In this document: piece after piece, positions 1 through 7,117 of the stretch
Numbering within the stretch: the first letter of the stretch is position 1
How the letters are laid out: each line of letters begins with the position of its first letter
IMG/VR virus record: IMGVR_UViG_3300031577_000046
Reading direction: 5' to 3' (one strand)
DNA length: 9,002 nucleotides
Source: a virus
Taxonomy: Duplodnaviria; Heunggongvirae; Uroviricota; Caudoviricetes
Made by a program: the position numbers and the translations under genes
Notes under the pieces: model-generated
The model's database searches: none
What the model saw: only the letters and a program-made list of their open reading frames with translations
What the model was told of the DNA's origin: nothing

Positions 1-63
1 CGTCTGTTGAGCACATCCTGTAATAAGCATTGCCAGAGCGGCAGAAAACAACATTTTTTTCAT
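1..63 (-). CDS. iss: Bor/Iss-family outer-membrane lipoprotein (serum-resistance, lysogenic-conversion protein); N-terminal 21 codons only, gene runs off the left edge
   Basis: Reverse complement of 1-63 translates to MKKMLFSAALAMLITGCAQQT: basic n-region, hydrophobic core and lipobox ITG|C, as in lambda Bor / E. coli Iss recalled from memory. AGGA Shine-Dalgarno 7 nt upstream (plus coords 71-74 as TCCT). An in-frame upstream ATG at 76-78 would add MQDNK but has no SD. Confidence 0.8.
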   Translation of the reverse strand, partial: MKKMLFSAALAMLITGCAQQT

Positions 64-79
64 CTTATTATCCTGCATT

Positions 80-108
80 GTTAAAAACGGCAGAATCCTA
101 TGTGACAA
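80..108 (-). promoter_or_regulatory. Candidate sigma70 promoter for bor/iss (-35 TTGTCA, 17-bp spacer, -10 TTTAAC on the minus strand)
   Basis: On the plus strand TGACAA sits at 103-108 and GTTAAA at 80-85, 17 bp apart, just upstream of the bor/iss SD. The hexamers are imperfect (5/6 and 4/6 to consensus); this is pattern matching only. Confidence 0.25.
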
Positions 109-555
109 CAATTAAACGATGGTTAAATGGATTGATGAAAATTAAAACAATATAGGTGGACGCTCAGACTATTGGAGGGAGTCGGAGACACTCAGAATTA
201 TGTGAATGAAATAAACCGCTCTATCTGTCCATTACCCTTTTAGCTGCGCTGTATCGTCGCCGTATTCCCGCATTAACCATAACCGTAGCCCGACGGGGAA
301 TTCCTTCTGCGTGAGTGTGCGGGAATAATCAAAAACGATGCACACCGGGTTTTTACCGCGTTTATGGTTCGCGGGTTTGTCCCTCATGCTCGCCAGTCCT
401 GTGCGGGGGTGGAAGAAACAGGACACTCACTCAGATTCTTGTGGGCACGATGCTATGCCTTTCTGGATTATCCCGATGCCATTCATGCAAGGCGCTGTAT
501 CAGACGTTCGTCAGAGCTGTCAGGCTGACGGGTCCTCCCGGTGGGGTGGCCTGCC

Positions 556-575
556 ACGGGGCGGTAGCGGCGCGG
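556..575. other. Candidate cosN (terminase nicking site); predicted 12-nt cohesive end GGGCGGTAGCGG at 559-570
   Basis: ACGGGGCGGTAGCGGCGCGG aligns with lambda cosN ACG|GGGCGGCGACCT|CGCGG recalled from memory: identical flanks (ACG, CGCGG) and 7/12 identity in the overhang. It lies about 180 bp upstream of the small-terminase start, the same distance as cosN to Nu1 in lambda. Confidence 0.5.
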
Positions 576-580
576 AAAAA

Positions 581-745
581 GGCTAGTTTTTGAAATTTCA
601 TCCGTCATCACCACCAATGCAACTAATTGATATTCCAGATATTTTATTTTTTCTGGTGTCGATTTTGATTGTTTTTTGTTCATCACTAACGCCGTTTATC
701 TAAAGTTGTTCGCAAGATGCATGTTTAAAACATTCTGGAGCGGGT
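581..745. other. Candidate cosB-like region (small-terminase / IHF binding) between cosN and the small terminase gene
   Basis: AT-rich non-coding stretch with short repeats (GATAT twice at ~630-645, GATTTTGATTG at ~661-671) and an inverted repeat CCAGA-N12-TCTGG (~635-656). Position matches lambda cosB; individual binding sites cannot be assigned from sequence. Confidence 0.35.
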
Positions 746-1240
746 ATGGATCGGGAGTTGAAAAATCTGACGCTGAATATCAGTCAACTGGCGGCACTGT
801 CAGGAGTACATCGCCAGACTGCTGCGGCAAGGCTGCAAAATCTACCCGTTGCAGGGGGGCATGAAAGCAACCTCAAGCTTTATCGGGTGGTTGATATTGT
901 GTCGGCATTTCTGGCATTACCACCGCCGGTTGCAGAAGGCGAAATGGACGCGCATGAGCGCAAAGCCTGGTATCAGTCTGAACGTGAGCGTCTTAAGTTC
1001 GAACAGGAAACGGCACAACTCATTCCGGCCAGTGATGTCAGACGGGAGTTTGCCATCTGGGCAAAAGCGGTCGTGCAGGTGCTGGAGACATTACCGGATA
1101 TTCTGGAACGCGACTGCGGTCTGCAGCCTGCCGCTGTGAGCCGTGTTCAGTCCATTATTGATGATCTGCGCGATCAGATAGCCCTGCGGGTGACCGAAGC
1201 AGGTGCGGATGATGAGGAGGAATTACAGCAGGAGGAGTAA
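746..1240 (+). CDS. nu1: Terminase small subunit, lambda Nu1 family (164 aa)
   Basis: ATG at 746 with GGAG at 737-740 (5-nt spacer). N-terminal HTH-like segment LNISQLAALSGVHRQTAAARLQ and overall resemblance to lambda gpNu1, acidic C-terminus. Sits immediately upstream of and overlapping (TAATG) the large terminase. Confidence 0.85.
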   Translation: MDRELKNLTLNISQLAALSGVHRQTAAARLQNLPVAGGHESNLKLYRVVDIVSAFLALPPPVAEGEMDAHERKAWYQSERERLKFEQETAQLIPASDVRREFAIWAKAVVQVLETLPDILERDCGLQPAAVSRVQSIIDDLRDQIALRVTEAGADDEEELQQEE

Positions 1241-3342
1241 TGCTGAATCAGGAAACCGCAAAGGCAGCACGAACCGATTCAGGTTATATCCTTCGCGCAC
1301 CGAGACGAATGCGGGTTGCTGATGCCGTCGCTCAGTATATGCGGGTACCCATGGGAGCCGGGAACTCAGTCCCGTGGGATCCGCTGGTGGCACCGTATGT
1401 TATTGAACCGATGAACTGTCTGGCCTCGCGTGAATACGACGCAGTGATATTTGTTGGCCCGGCACGAACCGGCAAGACTATCGGCCTGATTGACGGCTGG
1501 GTGATTTACAACGTGATTTGCGATCCTGCGGATATGCTGATCATTCAGATGACGGAGGAAAAAGCCCGCGAACACTCCAAAAAACGACTCGCCAGAACGT
1601 TTCGCGTCAGCCCGGAAGTGGTCAGTCGCCTGAGTCCGAACAAAAATGACAACAACGTTTATGACAGAACATTCCTTACTGGCAACTACCTGAAAATCGG
1701 CTGGCCGTCAGTCAATATCATGTCCTCATCAGATTATAAATGCGTGGCGCTGACGGATTATGATCGTTTCCCGGAAGATATTGATGGTGAGGGGGATGCC
1801 TTCTCTCTTGCCTCAAAACGTACCACCACATTTATGTCCAGTGGTATGACGCTGGTGGAGAGTTCCCCCGGCAGGGATGTGAAGGATGTGAAATGGCGAC
1901 GGACTTCACCACATGAGGCTCCACCAACCACGGGGATCCTGTCGCTCTATAATCGTGGCGATCGCCGTCGCTGGTACTGGCCCTGTCCACACTGTGGTGA
2001 GTATTTTCAGCCCTGCGGCGATGTGGTTGCTGGTTTCCGTGATATTGCCGATCCCGTGCTGGCAAGTGAGGCGGCTTATATTCAGTGTCCTTCCTGTTCC
2101 GGACGGATTATGCCTGAACAAAAACGTGAGCTGAACGGACGTGGGGTCTGGTTGCGGGATGGTGAATCCATCAATGCGGATGGCAGTCGTTATGGTGATC
2201 CCCGACGCTCACGTATTGCGTCATTCTGGATGGAGGGTCCGGCTGCTGCTTACCAGACACTCTCGCAACTCGTTTACAAACTGCTTACTGCAGAACAGGA
2301 ATACGAGACAACCGGAAGTGAAGAAACACTCAAGACGGTTATCAATACCGACTGGGGATTACCTTATCTTCCCCGCGCCAGCATGGAGCAACGAAAAAGT
2401 GAACTGCTTGAGCAGCGGGCAGAGCCAGTTCCTTCCCGCAGTGTGCCGGATGGCGTTAATTTCCTTGTGGCGACAGTGGATGTGCAGGCGGGACGTCATC
2501 GCCGTTTTGTGGTTCAGGTAACGGGCTATGGCAGCCGTGGCGAACGCTGGATTATTGATCGTTACAACATCACGCAGTCATTGCGCGGTGACAGCGACGG
2601 GGAGAGCCAGCGAATTGATCCGGCCAGCTATCCGGAAGACTGGGATGTCCTGCTGACGGATGTTTTTCATAAAAGCTGGCCGCTGGCCTCCGATCCTTCT
2701 CAACAAATGCGACTGATGGCAATGGCGGTGGACTCCGGTGGTGAAGACGGGGTCACTGATAATGCCTATAAATTCTGGCGTCGTTGCCGTCGTGATGGCC
2801 TTGGTAAACGTATTTACCTGTTTAAGGGCGACAGCATCCGGCGCGCAAAACTGATCACCCGTACATTCCCTGATAACACCGGACGAACGGGCCGACGGGC
2901 GCAGGCCGCAGGTGATGTGCCGCTCTGGCTTCTTCAGACGGATGCCCTGAAAGACCGGGTGAATAACGCGTTATGGCGTGACTCGCCAGGTCCCGGCTAT
3001 GTGCATTTCCCTGACTGGCTGGGGAGCTGGTTTTACGACGAACTGACGTATGAAGAGCGTAGCAGTGACGGAAAATGGAGTAAGCCGGGTCGCGGTGCCA
3101 ACGAAGCCTTTGACCTGATGGTGTATGCCGAGGCTCTGGTCATTCTGCATGGATACGAAAAGATCCGCTGGCCGGATGCACCGGAATGGGCGAGCCGGGA
3201 AACCTGGCTGGAGTGTGTCCCGGACAGTACCGAACCGTCACTCTCACCGGAACCGGTATCCACGCCTGTTAAAAAACAAAAACGGAAGAAAACAGTAACT
3301 GACGATGTTAACCCCTGGCTGACTTCCGGAGGATGGTTATGA
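1240..3342 (+). CDS. A: Terminase large subunit, lambda gpA family (700 aa)
   Basis: Walker-A-like VGPARTGKT at aa 72-80 (nt 1453-1479). Motifs CPHCGEYFQPCGD, WIIDRYNI and C-terminal GYVHFPDW...EAFDLMVYAEAL parallel lambda gpA (CPHCGEE, WLIDRQII, GAVHFP...EALDCFVYALAA). Start overlaps the Nu1-like stop. Confidence 0.95.
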   Translation: MLNQETAKAARTDSGYILRAPRRMRVADAVAQYMRVPMGAGNSVPWDPLVAPYVIEPMNCLASREYDAVIFVGPARTGKTIGLIDGWVIYNVICDPADMLIIQMTEEKAREHSKKRLARTFRVSPEVVSRLSPNKNDNNVYDRTFLTGNYLKIGWPSVNIMSSSDYKCVALTDYDRFPEDIDGEGDAFSLASKRTTTFMSSGMTLVESSPGRDVKDVKWRRTSPHEAPPTTGILSLYNRGDRRRWYWPCPHCGEYFQPCGDVVAGFRDIADPVLASEAAYIQCPSCSGRIMPEQKRELNGRGVWLRDGESINADGSRYGDPRRSRIASFWMEGPAAAYQTLSQLVYKLLTAEQEYETTGSEETLKTVINTDWGLPYLPRASMEQRKSELLEQRAEPVPSRSVPDGVNFLVATVDVQAGRHRRFVVQVTGYGSRGERWIIDRYNITQSLRGDSDGESQRIDPASYPEDWDVLLTDVFHKSWPLASDPSQQMRLMAMAVDSGGEDGVTDNAYKFWRRCRRDGLGKRIYLFKGDSIRRAKLITRTFPDNTGRTGRRAQAAGDVPLWLLQTDALKDRVNNALWRDSPGPGYVHFPDWLGSWFYDELTYEERSSDGKWSKPGRGANEAFDLMVYAEALVILHGYEKIRWPDAPEWASRETWLECVPDSTEPSLSPEPVSTPVKKQKRKKTVTDDVNPWLTSGGWL

Positions 3343-3551
3343 ACCAGAATGATATTGAAGCCATGATTCAGCGTTATACGGAAGCTGAAATGGCGGTGCT
3401 GGACGGAAAATCCGTCACCTTTAATGGTCAGCAGATGACCATGGAAAACTTATCTGAGATCCGACAGGGGCGGCAGGAGTGGGAGCGCCGCCTTGCGGCT
3501 CTGATTACACGACGACGGGGGCATCCCGGGTACCGGCTGGCGAGGTTCTGA
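3339..3551 (+). CDS. W: Head-tail joining protein, lambda gpW family (70 aa)
   Basis: Small protein between terminase and portal with a C-terminal RRRGHPG motif like lambda gpW (RRRGPAG). ATG 3339 overlaps the terminase TGA (ATGA, 3339-3342) and has GGAGG at 3328-3332 (6-nt spacer). The ATG at 3333 in the ORF track has no spacer to the SD. Confidence 0.85.
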   Translation: MNQNDIEAMIQRYTEAEMAVLDGKSVTFNGQQMTMENLSEIRQGRQEWERRLAALITRRRGHPGYRLARF

Positions 3552-5059
3552 TGGCAATTCTTGATGATGTGATTGGCGTTTTTTCTCCAGGATGGAAAGC
3601 GGCAAGGCTGCGTTCCCGTGCGGTGATCCAGGCTTATGAGGCCGTAAAAACGACGCGGACACACAAAGCCCGACGGGAGAACCGAACTGCCGACCAGTTA
3701 AGCCAGTACGGGGCCGTGTCGTTACGTGAGCAGGCCCGTTACCTTGATAACAACCACGATCTGGTTATTGGTGTATTTGACAAGCTGGAAGAACGGGTGG
3801 TGGGGAAAAACGGGATTATTGTCGAGCCACATCCGGTATTACGCAATGGGGCCATTGCCCGTGATCTGGCAGCGGAGATACGCACCCGATGGAGTGAATG
3901 GTCTGTCAGTCCGGAAGTCACCGGGCAGTTTACCCGTCCGATGCTGGAACGTCTGATGCTGCGTACCTGGCTGCGCGATGGTGAGGTGTTTGCCCAGATG
4001 GTTTCCGGGCGCATAAACAGCCTGACGCCTTCTGCCGGTGTTCATTTCTGGCTGGAGGCACTCGAGCCAGACTTTATTCCCATGATCAGTGATGAGAGCA
4101 ACAGGCTGAATCAGGGCGTGTTTGTTGATGACTGGGGGCGTCCCGAAAAATATCTGGTGTATAAAAGCCGTCCCGTATCCGGACGGCAGATGGAAACCAA
4201 AGAAGTGGATGCAGAGCGAATGCTGCATCTTAAATTTGTTCGCCGTCTGCACCAGATGCGCGGGACGTCTTTATTGTCCGGTGTACTGATCCGCCTCAGT
4301 GCCCTGAAAGAGTATGAAGATTCTGAGCTGATTGCAGCAAGGATCGCCGCTGCTCTGGGGATGTACATCCGGAAAGGCGACGGGCAGAGCTATGAACCGG
4401 ATGGTAATGGCAGCAAGGAGAATGAACGCGAGCTTACCATTCAGCCAGGCATTATTTACGACGATCTGAAACCCGGCGAAGAAATCGGAATGGTGAAGTC
4501 AGATCGCCCCAATCCTAACCTTGAAACTTTTCGTAATGGTCAGTTGCGTGCCGTGGCGGCGGGCAGTCGTCTGAGTTTTTCCAGTACGGCGCGCAACTAT
4601 AACGGCACTTACAGCGCCCAGCGTCAGGAGCTGGTTGAGTCTACTGATGGCTACCTGATCCTGCAGGACTGGTTTATTGGTGCCGTCACCCGCCCGATGT
4701 ACCGTGCCTGGCTGAAACAGGCTGTGGCATTCGGTGTTATCAGGCTACCCCGCGATCTTGACCGTTCTTCACTGTATACCGCGGTGTATTCCGGACCGGT
4801 GATGCCATGGATTGACCCTGTTAAGGAGGCTGAGGCCTGGAAAATTCAGATTCGTGGTGGAGCGGCGACAGAATCAGACTGGGTACGTGCAGGTGGTCGT
4901 AATCCGGATGATGTCAAACGTCGGCGCAAGGCCGAAATTGATGAAAACCGCAAGCTGGATCTGGTATTTGATACCGATCCGGCCAGTGATAAAGGAGGCA
5001 GCAGTGCCGCAACGAAACGACAGGATCCGCAGCACACCGACGACCAGTCCGAAGAATAA
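3551..5059 (+). CDS. B: Portal protein, lambda gpB family (502 aa)
   Basis: Large protein at the portal position between W and the protease/capsid gene. ATG 3551 overlaps the W stop (TGATG at 3549-3553); the upstream in-frame codons of the track ORF (from 3479) lie inside W. Family call is from size, synteny and a STAR(N/A)... motif, without a search. Confidence 0.85.
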   Translation: MAILDDVIGVFSPGWKAARLRSRAVIQAYEAVKTTRTHKARRENRTADQLSQYGAVSLREQARYLDNNHDLVIGVFDKLEERVVGKNGIIVEPHPVLRNGAIARDLAAEIRTRWSEWSVSPEVTGQFTRPMLERLMLRTWLRDGEVFAQMVSGRINSLTPSAGVHFWLEALEPDFIPMISDESNRLNQGVFVDDWGRPEKYLVYKSRPVSGRQMETKEVDAERMLHLKFVRRLHQMRGTSLLSGVLIRLSALKEYEDSELIAARIAAALGMYIRKGDGQSYEPDGNGSKENERELTIQPGIIYDDLKPGEEIGMVKSDRPNPNLETFRNGQLRAVAAGSRLSFSSTARNYNGTYSAQRQELVESTDGYLILQDWFIGAVTRPMYRAWLKQAVAFGVIRLPRDLDRSSLYTAVYSGPVMPWIDPVKEAEAWKIQIRGGAATESDWVRAGGRNPDDVKRRRKAEIDENRKLDLVFDTDPASDKGGSSAATKRQDPQHTDDQSEE

Positions 5060-5072
5060 TTCCTGGTTCAGG

Positions 5073-7031
5073 ATGCAGGCTGGTCACCAGAGTGACGCGG
5101 ATATTTATATTTATGACGAGATTGGTTTCTGGGGTGTTACGGCGAAGCAGTTTATCAGTGATCTGAATGCACTGGGCGATATCACCCACATTAATCTCCA
5201 TATCAATTCACCGGGTGGCGATGTCTTTGAAGGCATCGCCATTTTTAATGCGCTGAAAACACATAGTGCGTCCATTACCGTTTATGTCGACGGTGTGGCG
5301 GCATCAATGGCGTCGGTCATTGCGATGGTGGGAAACCCGGTCATTATGCCGGAAAACACCTTCATGATGATTCATAAACCATTTGGCTTTACGGGCGGTG
5401 ATGCGGAGGACATGCGCACCTATGCCGACCTGCTCGATAAAGTTGAGGCGGTTCTGTTACCCGCTTATGCACAGAAAACCGGGAAAACCACCGATGAAAT
5501 TGCTGCCATGCTGGCGGATGAGACCTGGATGTCCGGTGCCGAATGTCTGGCACATGGATTTGCTGATCAGGTGACGCCAGCCGTTAAGGCAATGGCATGT
5601 ATTCAGTCAAAACGTACAGAGGAATTTAAAAAGATGCCGGAATCCATTCGAAACATGATTACTCCGCCACGCAACAGTGCTCCACGCGTACAGGATGATG
5701 AACCTGCTGCCTCCCGGACACCAGTGCAGGCAGCAGCACCAGTGGTGGATGAAAACAGCATCCGTGTGCAGGTACTGGCAGAGCAAAAAGCGCGTGTAAA
5801 CGGTATTAATGATCTGTTTGCCATGTTTGGCGGGCGTTATCAGACGCTGCAGGCTCAGTGCCTTGCCGATCCTGAATGTTCGCTGGAGCAGGCCCGCGAA
5901 AAGCTGTTGAACGAGATGGGGCGCGAGTCCACGCCATCCAATAAAAATACCCAGGCTCATATTTATGCCGGGAACGGTAATTTTGTTGGGGACGGGATCC
6001 GCCAGGCGCTGATGTCGCGTGCCGGATTTGAAAAAACCGAACGTGATAATGTCTACAACGGAATGACCCTGCGTGAATATGCCCGTATGTCACTGACTGA
6101 ACGGGGTATTGTGGTTTCCAGTTATAACCCGATGCAGATGGTCGGTGCGGCGTTCACACACAGTACGTCTGACTTCGGTAATATTCTGCTGGATGTTGCG
6201 AACAAAGCCATTCTGCAGGGTTGGGAATATGCCCCTGAAACCTACGAACAGTGGACGCGGAAAGGTCAGTTGTCTGATTTTAAAATTGCCCATCGTGTGG
6301 GTATGGGGGGCTTCAGTGCTCTGCGTCAGGTGCGTGAAGGGGCGGAATATAAATACGTCACCACCGGAGATAAACAGGCCACTATTGCACTGGCGACCTA
6401 TGGCGAACTGTTCAGTATCACCCGTCAGGCCATTATCAACGATGATCTGAATATGCTGACCGATGTCCCGATGAAACTGGGTCGTGCGGCGAAATCCACT
6501 ATTGCCGATCTGGTTTATGCCATTCTGACGTCTAACCCGAAGATCTCCACAGATAATGTAAGCCTGTTCGATAAAGCGAAACATGCAAACGTACTGGAGA
6601 GCGCAGCAATGGACGTGGCATCGCTGGATAAAGCCCGCCAGTTGATGCGTGTTCAGAAAGAGGGTGAGCGTCATCTGAATATTCGTCCTGCGTTCGTACT
6701 GGTACCGACGGCGATGGAGTCTGTTGCTAACCAGGTCATTCGCTCCTCAAGTGTCAAGGGGGCTGACATTAACGCCGGTATTATTAACCCGGTGAAAGAT
6801 TTTGCGACCGTTATTGCAGAGCCTCGTCTTGATGATAACAGCCAGACCACCTTTTATCTGGCTGCGTCCAAAGGCTCCGATACGATTGAAGTGGCTTATC
6901 TCAACGGTGTGGATACGCCATATATTGATCAGATGGAGGGCTTCAGTGTGGATGGCGTGACAACTAAAGTGCGTATTGACGCCGGTGTTGCGCCAGTTGA
7001 TCACCGCGGTCTGGTGAAATGTACGGCGTAA
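5073..7031 (+). CDS. Tripartite head gene: ClpP-like (S14) prohead protease, scaffold-like linker and HK97-fold major capsid protein in one 652-aa ORF (Gifsy-2-type)
   Basis: ClpP catalytic motifs are present: GVAASMAS (Ser78, nt 5304-5306) and MMIHKPFG (His101, nt 5373-5375), matching E. coli ClpP AASMG / MIHQPLGG. A Pro/Ala-rich linker follows (~5655-5750), then a predicted helical segment, then ~350 aa of capsid-like sequence to the stop at 7029-7031. Start is ambiguous: ATG 5073 (weak SD, 14 nt after portal stop) or in-frame GTG 5004 with AAGGAGG at 4992-4998. Confidence 0.85.
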   Translation: MQAGHQSDADIYIYDEIGFWGVTAKQFISDLNALGDITHINLHINSPGGDVFEGIAIFNALKTHSASITVYVDGVAASMASVIAMVGNPVIMPENTFMMIHKPFGFTGGDAEDMRTYADLLDKVEAVLLPAYAQKTGKTTDEIAAMLADETWMSGAECLAHGFADQVTPAVKAMACIQSKRTEEFKKMPESIRNMITPPRNSAPRVQDDEPAASRTPVQAAAPVVDENSIRVQVLAEQKARVNGINDLFAMFGGRYQTLQAQCLADPECSLEQAREKLLNEMGRESTPSNKNTQAHIYAGNGNFVGDGIRQALMSRAGFEKTERDNVYNGMTLREYARMSLTERGIVVSSYNPMQMVGAAFTHSTSDFGNILLDVANKAILQGWEYAPETYEQWTRKGQLSDFKIAHRVGMGGFSALRQVREGAEYKYVTTGDKQATIALATYGELFSITRQAIINDDLNMLTDVPMKLGRAAKSTIADLVYAILTSNPKISTDNVSLFDKAKHANVLESAAMDVASLDKARQLMRVQKEGERHLNIRPAFVLVPTAMESVANQVIRSSSVKGADINAGIINPVKDFATVIAEPRLDDNSQTTFYLAASKGSDTIEVAYLNGVDTPYIDQMEGFSVDGVTTKVRIDAGVAPVDHRGLVKCTA

Positions 7032-7054
7032 ACGTTGCAGACAACAACTCTGAT

Positions 7055-7074
7055 GGCCCGTAAGGGCTTTTTTT
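7055..7074 (+). terminator. Candidate intrinsic terminator / mRNA-stabilising hairpin after the capsid gene
   Basis: Stem G7056CCC / GGGC7067 closed by GNRA tetraloop GTAA (7060-7063), followed by a run of seven T (7068-7074), 25 nt after the capsid stop. The stem is only 4-5 bp, so it is probably weak or leaky. Confidence 0.45.
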
Positions 7075-7085
7075 GTACCTGAAAT

Positions 7086-7104
7086 CAGCCCCTGAACGGG
7101 GCTG
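7086..7104 (+). promoter_or_regulatory. Stem-loop immediately upstream of the SD of the next gene (possible translational or stability element)
   Basis: Perfect 7-bp stem CAGCCCC (7086-7092) / GGGGCTG (7098-7104) with 5-nt loop TGAAC and no T-run. It ends 3 nt before the GGAG SD (7108-7111) of the 7118 CDS. Confidence 0.3.
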
Positions 7105-7117
7105 TGCGGAGACAGTT

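Noticed and set aside
338-586. 82-aa plus-strand ORF (and overlapping 315-593 ORF) between bor/iss and the terminase genes
   Set aside because: No SD, low-complexity Gly/Arg/Ser/Cys-rich translation, and it runs through the candidate cosN. Most likely a chance ORF in GC-rich DNA.
232-686. Minus-strand ORFs 232-426 (GTG start) and 483-686 crossing the cos region
   Set aside because: Non-ATG or poor starts, no SD, implausible composition, and overlap with the cosN/cosB candidate. Not called.
2141-2521. 126-aa plus-strand ORF in an alternative frame inside the large terminase gene (also 849-1139, 1913-2134, 3726-3956, 5383-5574, 6109-6450)
   Set aside because: Nested out-of-frame ORFs within well-supported genes, with no SD and implausible sequences.
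3333-3338. ATG at 3333 as the start of the W-like gene (ORF-track start)
   Set aside because: The GGAGG SD at 3328-3332 directly abuts this ATG with no spacer. ATG 3339 has a 6-nt spacer and forms an ATGA overlap with the terminase stop.
6090-6674. 194-aa minus-strand ORF antisense to the capsid domain
   Set aside because: Shadow ORF opposite a well-supported capsid gene; His/Cys/Arg-rich junk-like translation and no RBS. The same applies to the other antisense ORFs at 1366-1575, 1832-2121, 3033-3263, 3428-3664, 3739-4368, 4846-5201 and 5603-6093.
7073-7117. TTG start at 7073 extending the decoration-like ORF by 15 codons
   Set aside because: That start lies within the T-run of the terminator-like hairpin and has no SD. 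ATG 7118 has GGAG at the correct spacing.
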